Source of the DNA: Myxococcales bacterium
GTDB lineage: Bacteria; Myxococcota; Myxococcia; Myxococcales; 40CM-4-68-19
Reading direction: 5' to 3'
Assembly (NCBI GenBank): GCA_035261845.1
Contig: DATFTN010000197.1
Coordinates: 17,923 to 81,922 of the forward strand
Length of the DNA stretch: 64,000 nucleotides
This document shows positions 16,710 to 26,255 of this stretch, one piece after another. The position numbers and the translations under genes are program-made. A model generated the notes under the pieces. That model made no database searches, was not told where the DNA came from, and worked only from the letters and a program-made list of their open reading frames with translations. Positions within the stretch are counted from its first letter, which is position 1. The number at the start of each line of letters is the position of its first letter.

Positions 16710-16922
16710 ATGGTCGATGTGGAGAAGTCCGGAAACGGTTTCGGCGCGGGCATCTTCGGCGACCTCAGCGCGCAGGACGCCCAGCGGATCGTGGAGCAGA
16801 CCAAGGCGGCGGTGGATCAGGCGGTCGACCAGGCCTCGGAGTTCATCCGCGAGCGGCCCATCGTCTGCCTCGCGGGCGCGCTGGCGCTCGGGTACTTGAT
16901 CGGAAAGATCGTCTCGCGCTGA
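16710..16922 (+). CDS. DUF883/ElaB-like small tail-anchored protein
   Basis: Tail of shadow ORF 15291..16922. ATG at 16710 follows GGAGGG. The 70-aa sequence is MVDVEKSG...AVDQAVDQASEFIRERPIVCLAGALALGYLIGKIVSR, with a C-terminal TM helix. Confidence 0.55.
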   Translation: MVDVEKSGNGFGAGIFGDLSAQDAQRIVEQTKAAVDQAVDQASEFIRERPIVCLAGALALGYLIGKIVSR

Positions 16923-16941
16923 AGTCGCGAAGGAGGACGAC

Positions 16942-17301
16942 GTGGCGATCGACAGGGAGCACCCGGCCTGTAGCGAGCACGACGGACAAGGCGAGGTGTT
17001 CGAGCACGCCAAGCGGGCGGTGGAAGAGGCCCGGGCGTTCGGCACCGCGGTCTCCGGTTCGGTGGAGAACCTGGGCCGCACCCTCGATTTGTGCGGCCGG
17101 GTGGACCGGCATCCCATCGGCATGATGTTCGCCGCCATGGGCGTCGGCTACGTGCTGGGTGGGGGGCTCTTCTCGCCGACCACGGCCCGGCTCCTCAAGA
17201 TCGGCGTCCGGCTGGCGCTGGTGCCGATCATCAAGAGCCAGATCGGCGCGCTCAGGGGAAACGGCGAAAGCGAGCGTACGTCCGGGAGCGGCGCGGTCTA
17301 G
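16942..17301 (+). CDS. Hypothetical membrane protein
   Basis: Track ORF of 119 aa. GTG start is preceded by AGGAGG. Hydrophobic segment: HPIGMMFAAMGVGYVLGGGLF. Confidence 0.5.
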   Translation: MAIDREHPACSEHDGQGEVFEHAKRAVEEARAFGTAVSGSVENLGRTLDLCGRVDRHPIGMMFAAMGVGYVLGGGLFSPTTARLLKIGVRLALVPIIKSQIGALRGNGESERTSGSGAV

Positions 17302-17394
17302 CGAGCGCATTGGCGCCGCGCGGCACAGTGCGGCGAGCGTGCGCAGATTCCGTGCGGAAGCGGACATCCCCTTTTGGGTTGAAGGAGGCGCGAC

Positions 17395-17694
17395 ATGGAC
17401 ATCAAGAAGAGCGGCCTGAAGGCGCTCAGGTACCTGCAGGACATCGATCGCGACGACGTCTTGGAGTCGCTCGGATTGCAGGAGCGCCGCAGCGCCCTCG
17501 CGACGACTCTGGGCAGCCTCGGCATCTTCGTCCTCGGCTGCCTGGTGGGCGCCGGCATCGGCCTGGCGTTCGCGCCGAAGTCCGGCGACGAGCTGCGCAG
17601 CGAGCTGGGCGATAAGGTCCGGCGCAAGGCGCAGGAGCTCCAGCAGCAGAACGAGTTCGGCGGCTCGAACCGTTCGCAGATGCCGATCACGTAG
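17395..17694 (+). CDS. YtxH-like stress protein
   Basis: Track ORF of 99 aa. ATG is preceded by GAAGGAGG. The motif GAGIGLAFAPKSGDELRSELGDKV is typical of YtxH. Confidence 0.65.
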   Translation: MDIKKSGLKALRYLQDIDRDDVLESLGLQERRSALATTLGSLGIFVLGCLVGAGIGLAFAPKSGDELRSELGDKVRRKAQELQQQNEFGGSNRSQMPIT

Positions 17695-18325
17695 TCGAAG
17701 CTTCTCCGGGTCGATCGAGCAACAAGGCGCGCCACAGCTCGTCCACGCCGAACTTCTCCTTGGCGGAGAAGCCGATCACGCGGTCTGGCGGAACTTCGAG
17801 GGTTGCGGCGATCTTCTGCAGCTGCGGCGCGCGGCGGGTGCGGCCCACCTTGTCCATTTTCGTAGCGACCGCCGCGATTCGCCTTCCCAGCGATCGTCCC
17901 CAGCGGACCATCTCGACGTCGCTGGGCTGCGCGCCCAGCTCGCCGTCGACCAGGACCACCAGCCCTGCGAGCGTCTCGCGCCCCGTGAGGTAGCGCTCGA
18001 TCATCGCCTTCCAGCGCTCCCGTTCCTCGCGAGGGCCGGAGGCGAAGCCGTACCCGGGCAGGTCCACCAGCCGGAGCCTGTGCTCGGCCCCGCGGCCTCC
18101 CGAGCGGGTGCGCTGGGCGACGCTCAGGTCGAAGAAGTTGATCAGCCGGGTCCGGCCGGGCGTCCGCGAGACGCGCGCCAGCTGCCTGCGGTTCGCCAGG
18201 GCGTTCAGGCAGCTCGACTTGCCCACGTTGCTGCGCCCGCAGAAGGCCACTTCGGGTCGGTCGGCCGCCGGCCACTGCTCCGGGGCCGTGGCCGACTTGA
18301 CGAACCCTGCCGAAAGAACGATCAC
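17687..18325 (-). CDS. engB: Ribosome-biogenesis GTPase EngB/YihA
   Basis: Track ORF 17687..18520 trimmed to the GTG at 18325 (VIVLSAGF...), which overlaps the ccsB stop as GTGA. Motifs seen: GRSNVGKSS, DLPGYG, TKMDK. Confidence 0.85.
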   Translation of the reverse strand: MIVLSAGFVKSATAPEQWPAADRPEVAFCGRSNVGKSSCLNALANRRQLARVSRTPGRTRLINFFDLSVAQRTRSGGRGAEHRLRLVDLPGYGFASGPREERERWKAMIERYLTGRETLAGLVVLVDGELGAQPSDVEMVRWGRSLGRRIAAVATKMDKVGRTRRAPQLQKIAATLEVPPDRVIGFSAKEKFGVDELWRALLLDRPGEASTT

Positions 18326-19839
18326 GCCGCCGCCCGCGCGCCCCCGCCGGGAGCCGGGACGCCCAGCGCCTGGCACAGCTCGTCGAACTCGCGCCCGAAC
18401 GCCTCCGCGTTGCGGTGGGCCGCGCCGCCCAGGGCGAGCTTGCCGTCGCGCAGCTGGGCCCAGACCCGCTTGTGCGAAGTGTAGAAGGCGATGCCGATCC
18501 CGATGAAGAGCAGGAAGCACCCGGAGTACACGACCGGCGTGGAGGGATCGCGAGCGATCTGCAAGCCGGTCGCGTAGAACTGGGTCAGGCGATCGAAGCG
18601 GAAGGCGAACCGGTCGTCCCGGTTGTCGCGATCGAAGTCGGGCCGCCGGGCGAACACCCAGAAGGAGCTGATCTTCGCGCCCTTCGAAGGCCGCATCCTG
18701 CCGTCCGGGCCCGCCTCGGGACGCGACCCGGGCGGCTCCTCGGCGCGCACCACTTGCACCGCCGGGCCCAGGCCGGCGAAGTCCTCCTGGTAGTCGACGA
18801 CCTGGTAGCTGAGGCCCTCGGCCGCCTCGATCGGCTCACCCGGAGCGGCCACCCGTTCCACCTCCGCGCCGGTCGCCTTGTCGAGGACCTTCACCCGGGC
18901 GCGCATGCCCTCCTCAAGCTGCTGGTAGCTGGCTTGATAGAAGGTGAGGCCCGCGTAGCGGAGCGGATGGTTGACGGTGATGGTCTCCCGTGCCAGCAGC
19001 TGGCCGGCGGTGCCGTCGGGCAGCTTGCGGAAGACGCGCAGGTCCGACTCGAACGCCTTGGGCCTGCCGGGCTCGAACTCCTTCAGGCGGAAGTCGTCGC
19101 ATTGGACGAGGAACGGCCGTCCGTCCCGGGCGACCAGCTTGTGGCGGAACTGGCTGCCGTCGGGCCGGCGCTCGACGAACGCGTCCACCTGGCCTCCGCC
19201 CTGCGGGACGTTGGCCACGCCCTCGAAGGCAGTGAGCCGGCCCACGATGCCGCCGCCCAGGATCAAGAGCAGCGAGAGGTGCACCACCCACACGCCGAAT
19301 CGCGCGTACCGGCCCTTCTCGGCGAAGAGGCCGTCGTCCGCCGCGCAGACGCGATACTTGCGGGCGCGGAGCTCTGCGGCGACGCCCTCCGCGGTGAGCT
19401 GCGTCTTGGCCGGGTCGGTGCGGAAGCGCAGCCCGACCACGTGGTCGAGGCGCGTCTCCGGGTAGCGCACCAGGTACCAGATGCGAGGCAGCCGCTCGAC
19501 GGAGCAGGCGATGAGGTTCAGCGCCAGCGAGACGAGCAGCAGGGTGAACCACCAGCTGTGGAACAAGTCGTACAGCTCGAACCAGCGGTACGCCCCCAGG
19601 ACCAGCGGCCGGTTGGCGAAGGCGCGCTCGATGTTCAGCAGCGAATCGTTCTGCGGATTGACGAAGGTGCCGGCGATCATCGAGAGGAACAGCAACAGCA
19701 GATTGGCCAGGGTGAGCCGGAGCGAGCAGAAGAACCGGAACACCTGCTCGACCGCGGCGTGCGACTCCTCTGGCGGGAGCTGCGCGACCTCGCTTACCGC
19801 TCCGGGAGGCGGGCCGGCCTGGACCAGCGCCTCGCTCAT
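18322..19839 (-). CDS. ccsB: ResB/CcsB cytochrome c biogenesis protein (system II)
   Basis: Track ORF 18322..20172 trimmed to MSEALVQAGPPP, whose ATG overlaps the cytochrome stop as ATGA. N-terminal helices are ResB-like (FFCSLRLTLANLLLLFLSMIAGTF, WWFTLLLVSLALNLIACS). Confidence 0.8.
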   Translation of the reverse strand: MSEALVQAGPPPGAVSEVAQLPPEESHAAVEQVFRFFCSLRLTLANLLLLFLSMIAGTFVNPQNDSLLNIERAFANRPLVLGAYRWFELYDLFHSWWFTLLLVSLALNLIACSVERLPRIWYLVRYPETRLDHVVGLRFRTDPAKTQLTAEGVAAELRARKYRVCAADDGLFAEKGRYARFGVWVVHLSLLLILGGGIVGRLTAFEGVANVPQGGGQVDAFVERRPDGSQFRHKLVARDGRPFLVQCDDFRLKEFEPGRPKAFESDLRVFRKLPDGTAGQLLARETITVNHPLRYAGLTFYQASYQQLEEGMRARVKVLDKATGAEVERVAAPGEPIEAAEGLSYQVVDYQEDFAGLGPAVQVVRAEEPPGSRPEAGPDGRMRPSKGAKISSFWVFARRPDFDRDNRDDRFAFRFDRLTQFYATGLQIARDPSTPVVYSGCFLLFIGIGIAFYTSHKRVWAQLRDGKLALGGAAHRNAEAFGREFDELCQALGVPAPGGGARAAA

Positions 19840-20354
19840 CGCCGCTCGCGCAGCCATGCGGCCAGCCGCGTGCTCTTCGTCCCCATCCCCGCGCGCGCCT
19901 GCCTCTTCGCGCGCTCGGCCGTCCAGTGATCGATCCGCTGCAGCGCCGCCTTGACGTCGAAGGGCTGCGCCGAAGGCGAGCCCGGCCCGTGGCAGGAAGC
20001 GCAGGTGGCGGCCGCCTCCTGCATTCCGAACAGCTTGGCCAGCTCCCGGTCGCGCATCACCACGGCGGGCTGGTAGTAGCGGCCGCCGCCATGGCAGCTC
20101 TCGCAGGACACGCCCGCCACCGGATCGGCGGGGTTCGACCGCTGCTCGTCGCGGGAGTGGCACGACAGGCACAGCGCCGAGCGGCGCTGGTCGGCGGTGA
20201 GGGAGTCGACGGCCCGGGCGTGCGGCCCTTGCGACCAGATGCGATACGCCTCCGCGTGGCAGGCGCGGCAGCTCTCCGGGCCCACCAGATCGGAGGCGGC
20301 GGCGGGCCCGGCCAGGGCGAGCACGGCGGCGGTGGCGGCGAAGGCGAGGCGCAT
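19836..20354 (-). CDS. Tetrahaem c-type cytochrome (secreted)
   Basis: Track ORF 19836..20396 trimmed to MRLAFAATAAVLALAGPAAA. Four CxxCH motifs are present: CRACH, CLSCH, CESCH, CASCH. Confidence 0.8.
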   Translation of the reverse strand: MRLAFAATAAVLALAGPAAASDLVGPESCRACHAEAYRIWSQGPHARAVDSLTADQRRSALCLSCHSRDEQRSNPADPVAGVSCESCHGGGRYYQPAVVMRDRELAKLFGMQEAAATCASCHGPGSPSAQPFDVKAALQRIDHWTAERAKRQARAGMGTKSTRLAAWLRERR

Positions 20355-20485
20355 CGAAGGGTTGCGGAACGTATCAGCGGGTCTACTGTGGCGCAACGCG
20401 GCGCTGCGCCGCGCGAGGCAGTCCGATAACCAACTCTCTGCGCTCTCTGCGTCCTCGGGCGGTGCAATCGCTTAGACTGAGTCTG

Positions 20486-21094
20486 GTGCGCGTCTTCGGT
20501 CTCACCGGCAACATCGGAACCGGCAAGAGCACGGTCGCCCGGCTCTTCGCGGAACACGGCATGCCGGTGATCGACGCCGACCAGGTCGCGCGAGAGGTGG
20601 TGGAGCCGGGTACGAAGGGCCTCGCGGAGGTGGCCGCCAGGTTCCCCGGCGTGCTCACCCCGCGGGGCGAGCTGGATCGCAAGACGCTCGCGGCCCGCGT
20701 CTTCGCCGACGCGCAGGAGAGGGCCGCGCTGAACGGCATCCTGCACCCGCTGATCGGCCGCGAGGTGCGGGCCCGCCTGGATCGGCTGGGAGCCCGGGGA
20801 CAGCCGTTCGCGATCTACGAAGCTGCTCTCATCGTCGAGAACGGCCTCCACCACGGCCTCGACGGACTGATCGTGGTCAACGCGCCGGTCGAGGAGCAGG
20901 TCCGCAGGCTGGCGGAGCGCGACGGCATGGCCGACTCCGAAGCCCGCGCGCGGATCGCCGCCCAGCTGCCCGCGCACGACAAGGCGAAGGCGGCCGACTT
21001 CCTGATCGAGAACACGGGCGCGCCGGAGCTCTTGCGGGCGCAGGTCGCGCGGGTGGTCGACGCCATCCGCGGCGGCTGGCAGCGAGGCGGGTGA
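20486..21094 (+). CDS. coaE: Dephospho-CoA kinase
   Basis: Track ORF 20462..21094 trimmed to the GTG at 20486 (MRVFGLTGNIGTGKST). The family-typical ILHPLI motif is present. Confidence 0.85.
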   Translation: MRVFGLTGNIGTGKSTVARLFAEHGMPVIDADQVAREVVEPGTKGLAEVAARFPGVLTPRGELDRKTLAARVFADAQERAALNGILHPLIGREVRARLDRLGARGQPFAIYEAALIVENGLHHGLDGLIVVNAPVEEQVRRLAERDGMADSEARARIAAQLPAHDKAKAADFLIENTGAPELLRAQVARVVDAIRGGWQRGG

Positions 21095-22149
21095 TGGACC
21101 ACGTCCTGGTCACCGGCTTTCCCAAGCTGCTCGCGCGCCGGATGGCGCTGCGCCTGCATGCGGGAGGCGCGGAGGTCTCGCTGCTGGTCCAGGAGAAGGA
21201 CGGTCCGCCGGCGCGCGAGTTCGCCCAAGGCGCGATGGACGTGCTGGTCGGCGACGCCTCGGCCATGCACCTGGGCCTCTCCACCTCCGAGTACCGGGAG
21301 CTGACCGCCGGCGTGACCGACGTCCTGCACGCGCACGAGCTGAGCGCGCTCGGCGCGCCCCGCGACGAGATGCGGCGGGTGAACCTGACCGGTACGCAGG
21401 CGGTCCTGGAGCTGGCCATCGACTGCCGCAATCTCCGGCGGTTCACGCACCTCTCCACCGTGTTCGTCTCCGGCGACCGGGTGGGGATCATCGCCGAGGA
21501 CGAGCTGGCCTGCGGGCAAGCCTTCCGCAATCCGTACGAGGAGACGAAATTCGAGGCCGAGATCCTGGTGCGGCGCGCGATGGGGCAGATCCCCACCACC
21601 GTGCTGCGGCCTTCGATCGTGGTGGGCGACACCAAGACGGGCGAGATCGACCGTTTCGAGGGCCCGTATGCGCTCGCCATCCTCCTGGTCACCAGCCCGC
21701 TGCAGGTCCCCGTGCCTCTCCCCGGCGACGGAGTCGCGCCGCTGAACGCGGTGCCCATCGACTACGTGGTGGACGCCTGCGCGGCGATCCACAAGGACCC
21801 CCGCGCGGTGGGACGCACCTTCCACCTGGTCGACCCGAATCCGTCGAGCGCGCGGCGCGTGTACGAGACGATCGCGCAGCGCAGCGGAAAGAAGCTGCCG
21901 CGCCTGTCGCTCGGGTACAAGCTGACCGACGTGCTGCTCAAGCTGCCCGGGCTGGAGCGGCTCACGCGCGAGCAGCGCGCCGCCATCGCCTACGTCAACC
22001 ATCTCAGCTTCTATTCCAGCCGGCACACCCTGGAGATCCTGGACGGGACCGGCATCCGCTGCCCGCCCATCGAGAGCTACCTGGACAACCTGATCGAGTA
22101 CGTCCGCGCGGAATACCGGCAGAAGGCGCCGCCGGCTGCGCGGCACTGA
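21094..22149 (+). CDS. Extended SDR / NAD-dependent epimerase or thioester-reductase-like protein with a degenerate glycine-rich loop
   Basis: Track ORF 21091..22149. The ATG at 21094 overlaps the coaE TGA by 1 nt. VLVTGFPKLLARR replaces the usual TGxxGxxG. YxxxK is retained (NPYEETKFEAE). Confidence 0.75.
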   Translation: MDHVLVTGFPKLLARRMALRLHAGGAEVSLLVQEKDGPPAREFAQGAMDVLVGDASAMHLGLSTSEYRELTAGVTDVLHAHELSALGAPRDEMRRVNLTGTQAVLELAIDCRNLRRFTHLSTVFVSGDRVGIIAEDELACGQAFRNPYEETKFEAEILVRRAMGQIPTTVLRPSIVVGDTKTGEIDRFEGPYALAILLVTSPLQVPVPLPGDGVAPLNAVPIDYVVDACAAIHKDPRAVGRTFHLVDPNPSSARRVYETIAQRSGKKLPRLSLGYKLTDVLLKLPGLERLTREQRAAIAYVNHLSFYSSRHTLEILDGTGIRCPPIESYLDNLIEYVRAEYRQKAPPAARH

Positions 22150-22185
22150 AGCGGCCCGGCGAGCCGGTCTGTTACACTCGGCCGC

Positions 22186-23376
22186 ATGGCGAACGAGGAC
22201 CTGGCCGAGCGGGCGCAGAAGGTGCTGTTCCAGAACTACCGGACGCAGCCGATCGCCCTGGTGCGCGGGCAAGGCACCTCCGTCTGGGACGCCGACGGAA
22301 AGAAGTACCTGGACTTCATCGGCGGGATCGCCACCGTGTCCGTCGGCCACGCGAATCCGCAAGTGCGCGAGGCGGTGATCGAGCAGACCCAGCTCCTCTG
22401 GCACGCGTCGAACCTCTACTTCACCGAGCCGCAGGTCCGGCTGGCCGAGAAGCTGATCCGCCTCTGCTTCGCGGACCGCGCCTTTTTCTGCAACAGCGGC
22501 ACCGAGGCGAACGAGGCGATGATCAAACTGGCCCGCCGCTGGCACGTCTCCAGGGGACACCCGGAGCGGATCGAGATCGTCTGCATGAACAACTCGTTCC
22601 ACGGGCGCACGCTGGGTTCCTTGGCGGCGACCGGACAGCCGAAGTACCAGCAGGGCTTCGGGCCCCTCCCGGCCGGCTTCCGCTTCGTGGAATTCGGCGA
22701 TCTGAAGCAGCTCGAGGACGCCGTCACGGACGCCACCTGCGCGGTCCTGCTCGAGCCGCTCCAGGGCGAGGCGGGAGTGATCACCGCGCCGGCCGGCTAC
22801 CTCAAGGCGGTGCGCGAGCTGTGCACCAGGCGCGGCGCGCTGATGCTGCTCGACGAGGTGCAGACGGGGATGGGGCGCACCGGGAAGATGTTTGCGCACC
22901 AGCACTCCGGGGTCGAACCGGACGCGATGAGCCTCGCCAAGGGCATCGCCGGGGGGCTTCCGCTCGGCGCCCTGCTGGCGACCGACGAGCTGGCGAAGGT
23001 CTTCACTCCCGGAACTCACGCCAGCACCTTCGGCGGCAATCCCGTGGCTACGGCCGCTGCGTGCATGGTGGTCGATCTGCTCGAAGGTGGGCTGCTCGAC
23101 CACGTCCGGCGCGTTTCGGAAGTCCTCCAGGCCCGGCTCGCCGCGCTGCCCCAGGCCTCACCCCGCGTCGCCTCCGAGCGCGGCCTGGGGCTCTTGCGCG
23201 GAGTCGTGCTGGCGGAAGACCTCGCCCCGCAGGTGGTCGCCAAGGCGCGCGAGCTGGGCCTCTTGGTGAACGCGATCGGCGATCGGGTGCTGCGCCTCGC
23301 ACCTCCGCTCACAGTGTCGGAAAGCGAGATCCACGAGGCGGCGAAGCTGCTCGCGCAGGCCGTCGCACAAGCTTGA
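22186..23376 (+). CDS. argD: Acetylornithine aminotransferase (class III PLP aminotransferase)
   Basis: Track ORF of 396 aa. Motifs seen: GGIATVSVGHANP, SNLYFTEPQ, FCNSGTEANE, LLDEVQTGMGRTG, TFGGNP. Confidence 0.85.
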   Translation: MANEDLAERAQKVLFQNYRTQPIALVRGQGTSVWDADGKKYLDFIGGIATVSVGHANPQVREAVIEQTQLLWHASNLYFTEPQVRLAEKLIRLCFADRAFFCNSGTEANEAMIKLARRWHVSRGHPERIEIVCMNNSFHGRTLGSLAATGQPKYQQGFGPLPAGFRFVEFGDLKQLEDAVTDATCAVLLEPLQGEAGVITAPAGYLKAVRELCTRRGALMLLDEVQTGMGRTGKMFAHQHSGVEPDAMSLAKGIAGGLPLGALLATDELAKVFTPGTHASTFGGNPVATAAACMVVDLLEGGLLDHVRRVSEVLQARLAALPQASPRVASERGLGLLRGVVLAEDLAPQVVAKARELGLLVNAIGDRVLRLAPPLTVSESEIHEAAKLLAQAVAQA

Positions 23377-23446
23377 TCCTGGCTTTGTCCGGTGACCCCG
23401 GTACGATACTGTTTTCGACGATTCGCGGCCGCTCGGCCGGAGGATC

Positions 23447-24394
23447 ATGGCGACCCCGTCCCCAGCCAGCGGAGGCACCGAGCTCCCCGAGGAATTGCAG
23501 AACGAGCTCCGCACGTTCGACGCCACCGGGCGGGACATCTCTCTCTACGATCTGCTGGGGATCGCTCCCGACTCGGACGGAGGCACGGTCCGGCGCGCCT
23601 ACCTCGACCGCTCGCGCCGCTACCATCCCGACGCCTGGTTTCGCAAGAACGTGGGCGAGTTCGGCCCGTTGCTGTCGCGTGCCTTCCAGAAGCTGTCGGC
23701 CGCCTACCAGGTGCTGTCCGACGAGGATGCGCGGGCCGAGTACGACCGCCAGCTCAAGAAACGCCTCTCCCACCGCGAGCGCGAGGCGATGGAGCGGCGG
23801 GCGCTCAGCCGCGAGGAGCAGGAGAGGCGCCAGCGGGAGAGCCGCGAGCGGCTGCTCCGAACCAAGGGATTCGCCCGGATCGGCGCGGCGCACAGGCTCT
23901 ACCAGGAGGCACTCGAGCTGGCGCTCAACGGCGAGCGGGCGCAGGCCATCGCCGGGCTCAAGGCCGCGCGCGAGCTGGACCCGCGCCGCACGGAGATCGC
24001 GCAGAAGCTCGCCGAGCTGGAGCGGGAGGCGACCCGGTCCCGCTCGCAGCTCGCGTTCAAGGCGGCGCACGCGGAGGAGGAGAAGGGGGCCGAGAAGGAG
24101 AACCTCCAGGCGGCCCTGAAGATCTACGCTCAGTCGTTCCAGATGGATCCCACCAACGCCCCCGCCGCGGCGGCCGCCGCCCGGTGCGCCACCGCGCTGG
24201 GCGATCACAAGCAGGCGAGCATCTTCGCGGCCCGCGCGGTCGAGGTCGCTCCCGACGACGTGGAGACCCGCTTCCTCCTGGCGAGCGCCTTCGTGACGCT
24301 CGGGCTCAAGGTGAAGGCGCGCGCCGAGCTCAAGCGCGTCCTCGAGGCGAAGTCCGATCATCAGGAGGCGCGCGCGCTGCTCAAGCGCGTCTGA
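23447..24394 (+). CDS. J-domain protein with C-terminal TPR-like repeats
   Basis: Track ORF of 315 aa. The J domain reads [30 protein letters not shown], with HPD present. Helical repeats follow. Confidence 0.8.
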   Translation: MATPSPASGGTELPEELQNELRTFDATGRDISLYDLLGIAPDSDGGTVRRAYLDRSRRYHPDAWFRKNVGEFGPLLSRAFQKLSAAYQVLSDEDARAEYDRQLKKRLSHREREAMERRALSREEQERRQRESRERLLRTKGFARIGAAHRLYQEALELALNGERAQAIAGLKAARELDPRRTEIAQKLAELEREATRSRSQLAFKAAHAEEEKGAEKENLQAALKIYAQSFQMDPTNAPAAAAAARCATALGDHKQASIFAARAVEVAPDDVETRFLLASAFVTLGLKVKARAELKRVLEAKSDHQEARALLKRV

Positions 24395-24398
24395 AGCG

Positions 24399-26255
24399 AT
24401 GGCGGAACCGGTCATCGGCATCGATCTGGGCACCACCAACTCCGTCGTGGCCACGGTGCAGTCCGGCTCGCCGGTGGTGATTCCCAATCGCAGTGGGTAC
24501 CGGCTCACCCCCTCGGTGGTGGCGGTGGCCAAGAACGGCAAGAGGCTGGTGGGCGCGCTCGCCCGGCGGCAAGCCGTCACCAACGCCGAGCGGACCGTGG
24601 TCAGCGTCAAGCGCCTGATGGGGCGCAAGTGGTCGTCGCGCACCACCCAGGAAGCGCTGGCGCGCCTGCCCTACACGGTGGTGCCGCACGACAAGGAGCG
24701 GGACGACCTGCTCATCCAGCTCGGGGAATCGACCTATTCGCCCCCCGAGGTCAGCGCCATGGTGCTGGCCGAGCTGCGCCTCGACGCCGAGGCGTTCCTG
24801 GGGCAGCCGGTCACCAAGGCGGTGATCACCGTCCCCGCCTACTTCAACGACTCCCAGCGCAACGCCACCAAGGACGCGGGGCGGATCGCCGGGCTGGACG
24901 TGATCCGCATCATCAACGAGCCGACCAGCGCGTCGCTCGCGTACGGCTTCGGCAAGCAGATCGGCGAGAAGCAGATCTGCGTCTTCGACCTGGGCGGCGG
25001 CACCTTCGATTTCACCGTCCTCCACATGTACAAGGGCGTGTTCGAGGTCGAGGCCACCGGCGGCGACTCGCTCCTGGGCGGGGACGACTTCGACAACCGG
25101 GTCGTCGACTGGCTGGCGCAGCCCTTCCTGGAGAAGAACGGCATCGACCTGCGCAAGGAGAAGATGTCGCTGCAGCGGTTGCGCGATGCGGCCGAGAAGG
25201 CCAAGTGCGAGCTCTCCAGCACCAAGCAGGTGGAGATCAACCTGCCCTTCATCGCCAGCAAGCAGCCTGCGGGGCCGCTGCACCTGCAGGGCACCTTGAC
25301 CCGGCCCCAGCTGGAGGTGCTCACCCGCGACCTCGTCGACCGCTGCCTGAGCGTGTGCGAGCGGGTGATGGCCGAGGCGAAGGTGAAGCCCACCGAGCTG
25401 GGAGACGTGCTGCTGGTCGGCGGCCAGACGCGCATGCCGCTGATCCAGGCACGGGTGCGGCAGATGTTCGGCCGCGAGCCCTCCAAGGCCGTGAACCCCG
25501 ACGAGGCGGTGGCCCTGGGGGCGGCCATCCAGGGCGCGATGCTGCTCAACCCGGAGCAGGCGATGCTGCTCCTCGACGTGACGCCCCACTCGCTGGGCAT
25601 CGCCATCGCGGGCGGCTTCTTCCAGAGCATCATCCCGAAGAACACCACGGTGCCGACCAGCGCCCACCACGTCTTCACCACGGTGAAGGACGACCAGACC
25701 TCGGCGAAAATCACCGTGCTGCAGGGGGAGAGCGAGATCGCCGGCCAGAACGAGCTGTTGGGCGAGTTCATGATGACGGGGCTGCGCAAGGCCAAGCGCG
25801 GCGAGGTGGACATCGACGTCATCTTCGACATCAGCGCGGACGGCATCGTCTCCGTCTCGGCGCTCGACGTGCAGACCGGGCTGCGCCAGAGCATCACCGT
25901 CACCTCCAGCTCGGGCCTCACCGAGGAGGAGATCAAGACCGCCGCCAAGGCCAACGAAGAGTGGACGCTCGGGCAGAAGGAAGCTCCCGAGTTCCAGAAG
26001 CAGAAGGCGCGGGCGGAGGAGCTGTTCAAGCAGTTCGCCGAGCTGTGGCCGCGCCTCAAGCAGGCCGCGGCGAACGGGCTCGGCAACGAGCCGGTGGAGC
26101 GGGCGGAAGCGGCGCTCAGCGTCGCCAGGCTGCAAGTCCAGCAGAAGGAGTCGGCCGGGCTCGCCGGAAGCCTCGATCGGCTCGAGCGCATGCTCGGCGC
26201 GCTGCGCGGCGCGGTGGAGCGCGGACTGGTCTCGCCCCGCGGGGGCAAATCGTGA
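24399..26255 (+). CDS. Hsp70-family chaperone (DnaK paralog)
   Basis: Track ORF of 618 aa. Motifs seen: [34 protein letters not shown]. No grpE is adjacent. Confidence 0.9.
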   Translation: MAEPVIGIDLGTTNSVVATVQSGSPVVIPNRSGYRLTPSVVAVAKNGKRLVGALARRQAVTNAERTVVSVKRLMGRKWSSRTTQEALARLPYTVVPHDKERDDLLIQLGESTYSPPEVSAMVLAELRLDAEAFLGQPVTKAVITVPAYFNDSQRNATKDAGRIAGLDVIRIINEPTSASLAYGFGKQIGEKQICVFDLGGGTFDFTVLHMYKGVFEVEATGGDSLLGGDDFDNRVVDWLAQPFLEKNGIDLRKEKMSLQRLRDAAEKAKCELSSTKQVEINLPFIASKQPAGPLHLQGTLTRPQLEVLTRDLVDRCLSVCERVMAEAKVKPTELGDVLLVGGQTRMPLIQARVRQMFGREPSKAVNPDEAVALGAAIQGAMLLNPEQAMLLLDVTPHSLGIAIAGGFFQSIIPKNTTVPTSAHHVFTTVKDDQTSAKITVLQGESEIAGQNELLGEFMMTGLRKAKRGEVDIDVIFDISADGIVSVSALDVQTGLRQSITVTSSSGLTEEEIKTAAKANEEWTLGQKEAPEFQKQKARAEELFKQFAELWPRLKQAAANGLGNEPVERAEAALSVARLQVQQKESAGLAGSLDRLERMLGALRGAVERGLVSPRGGKS

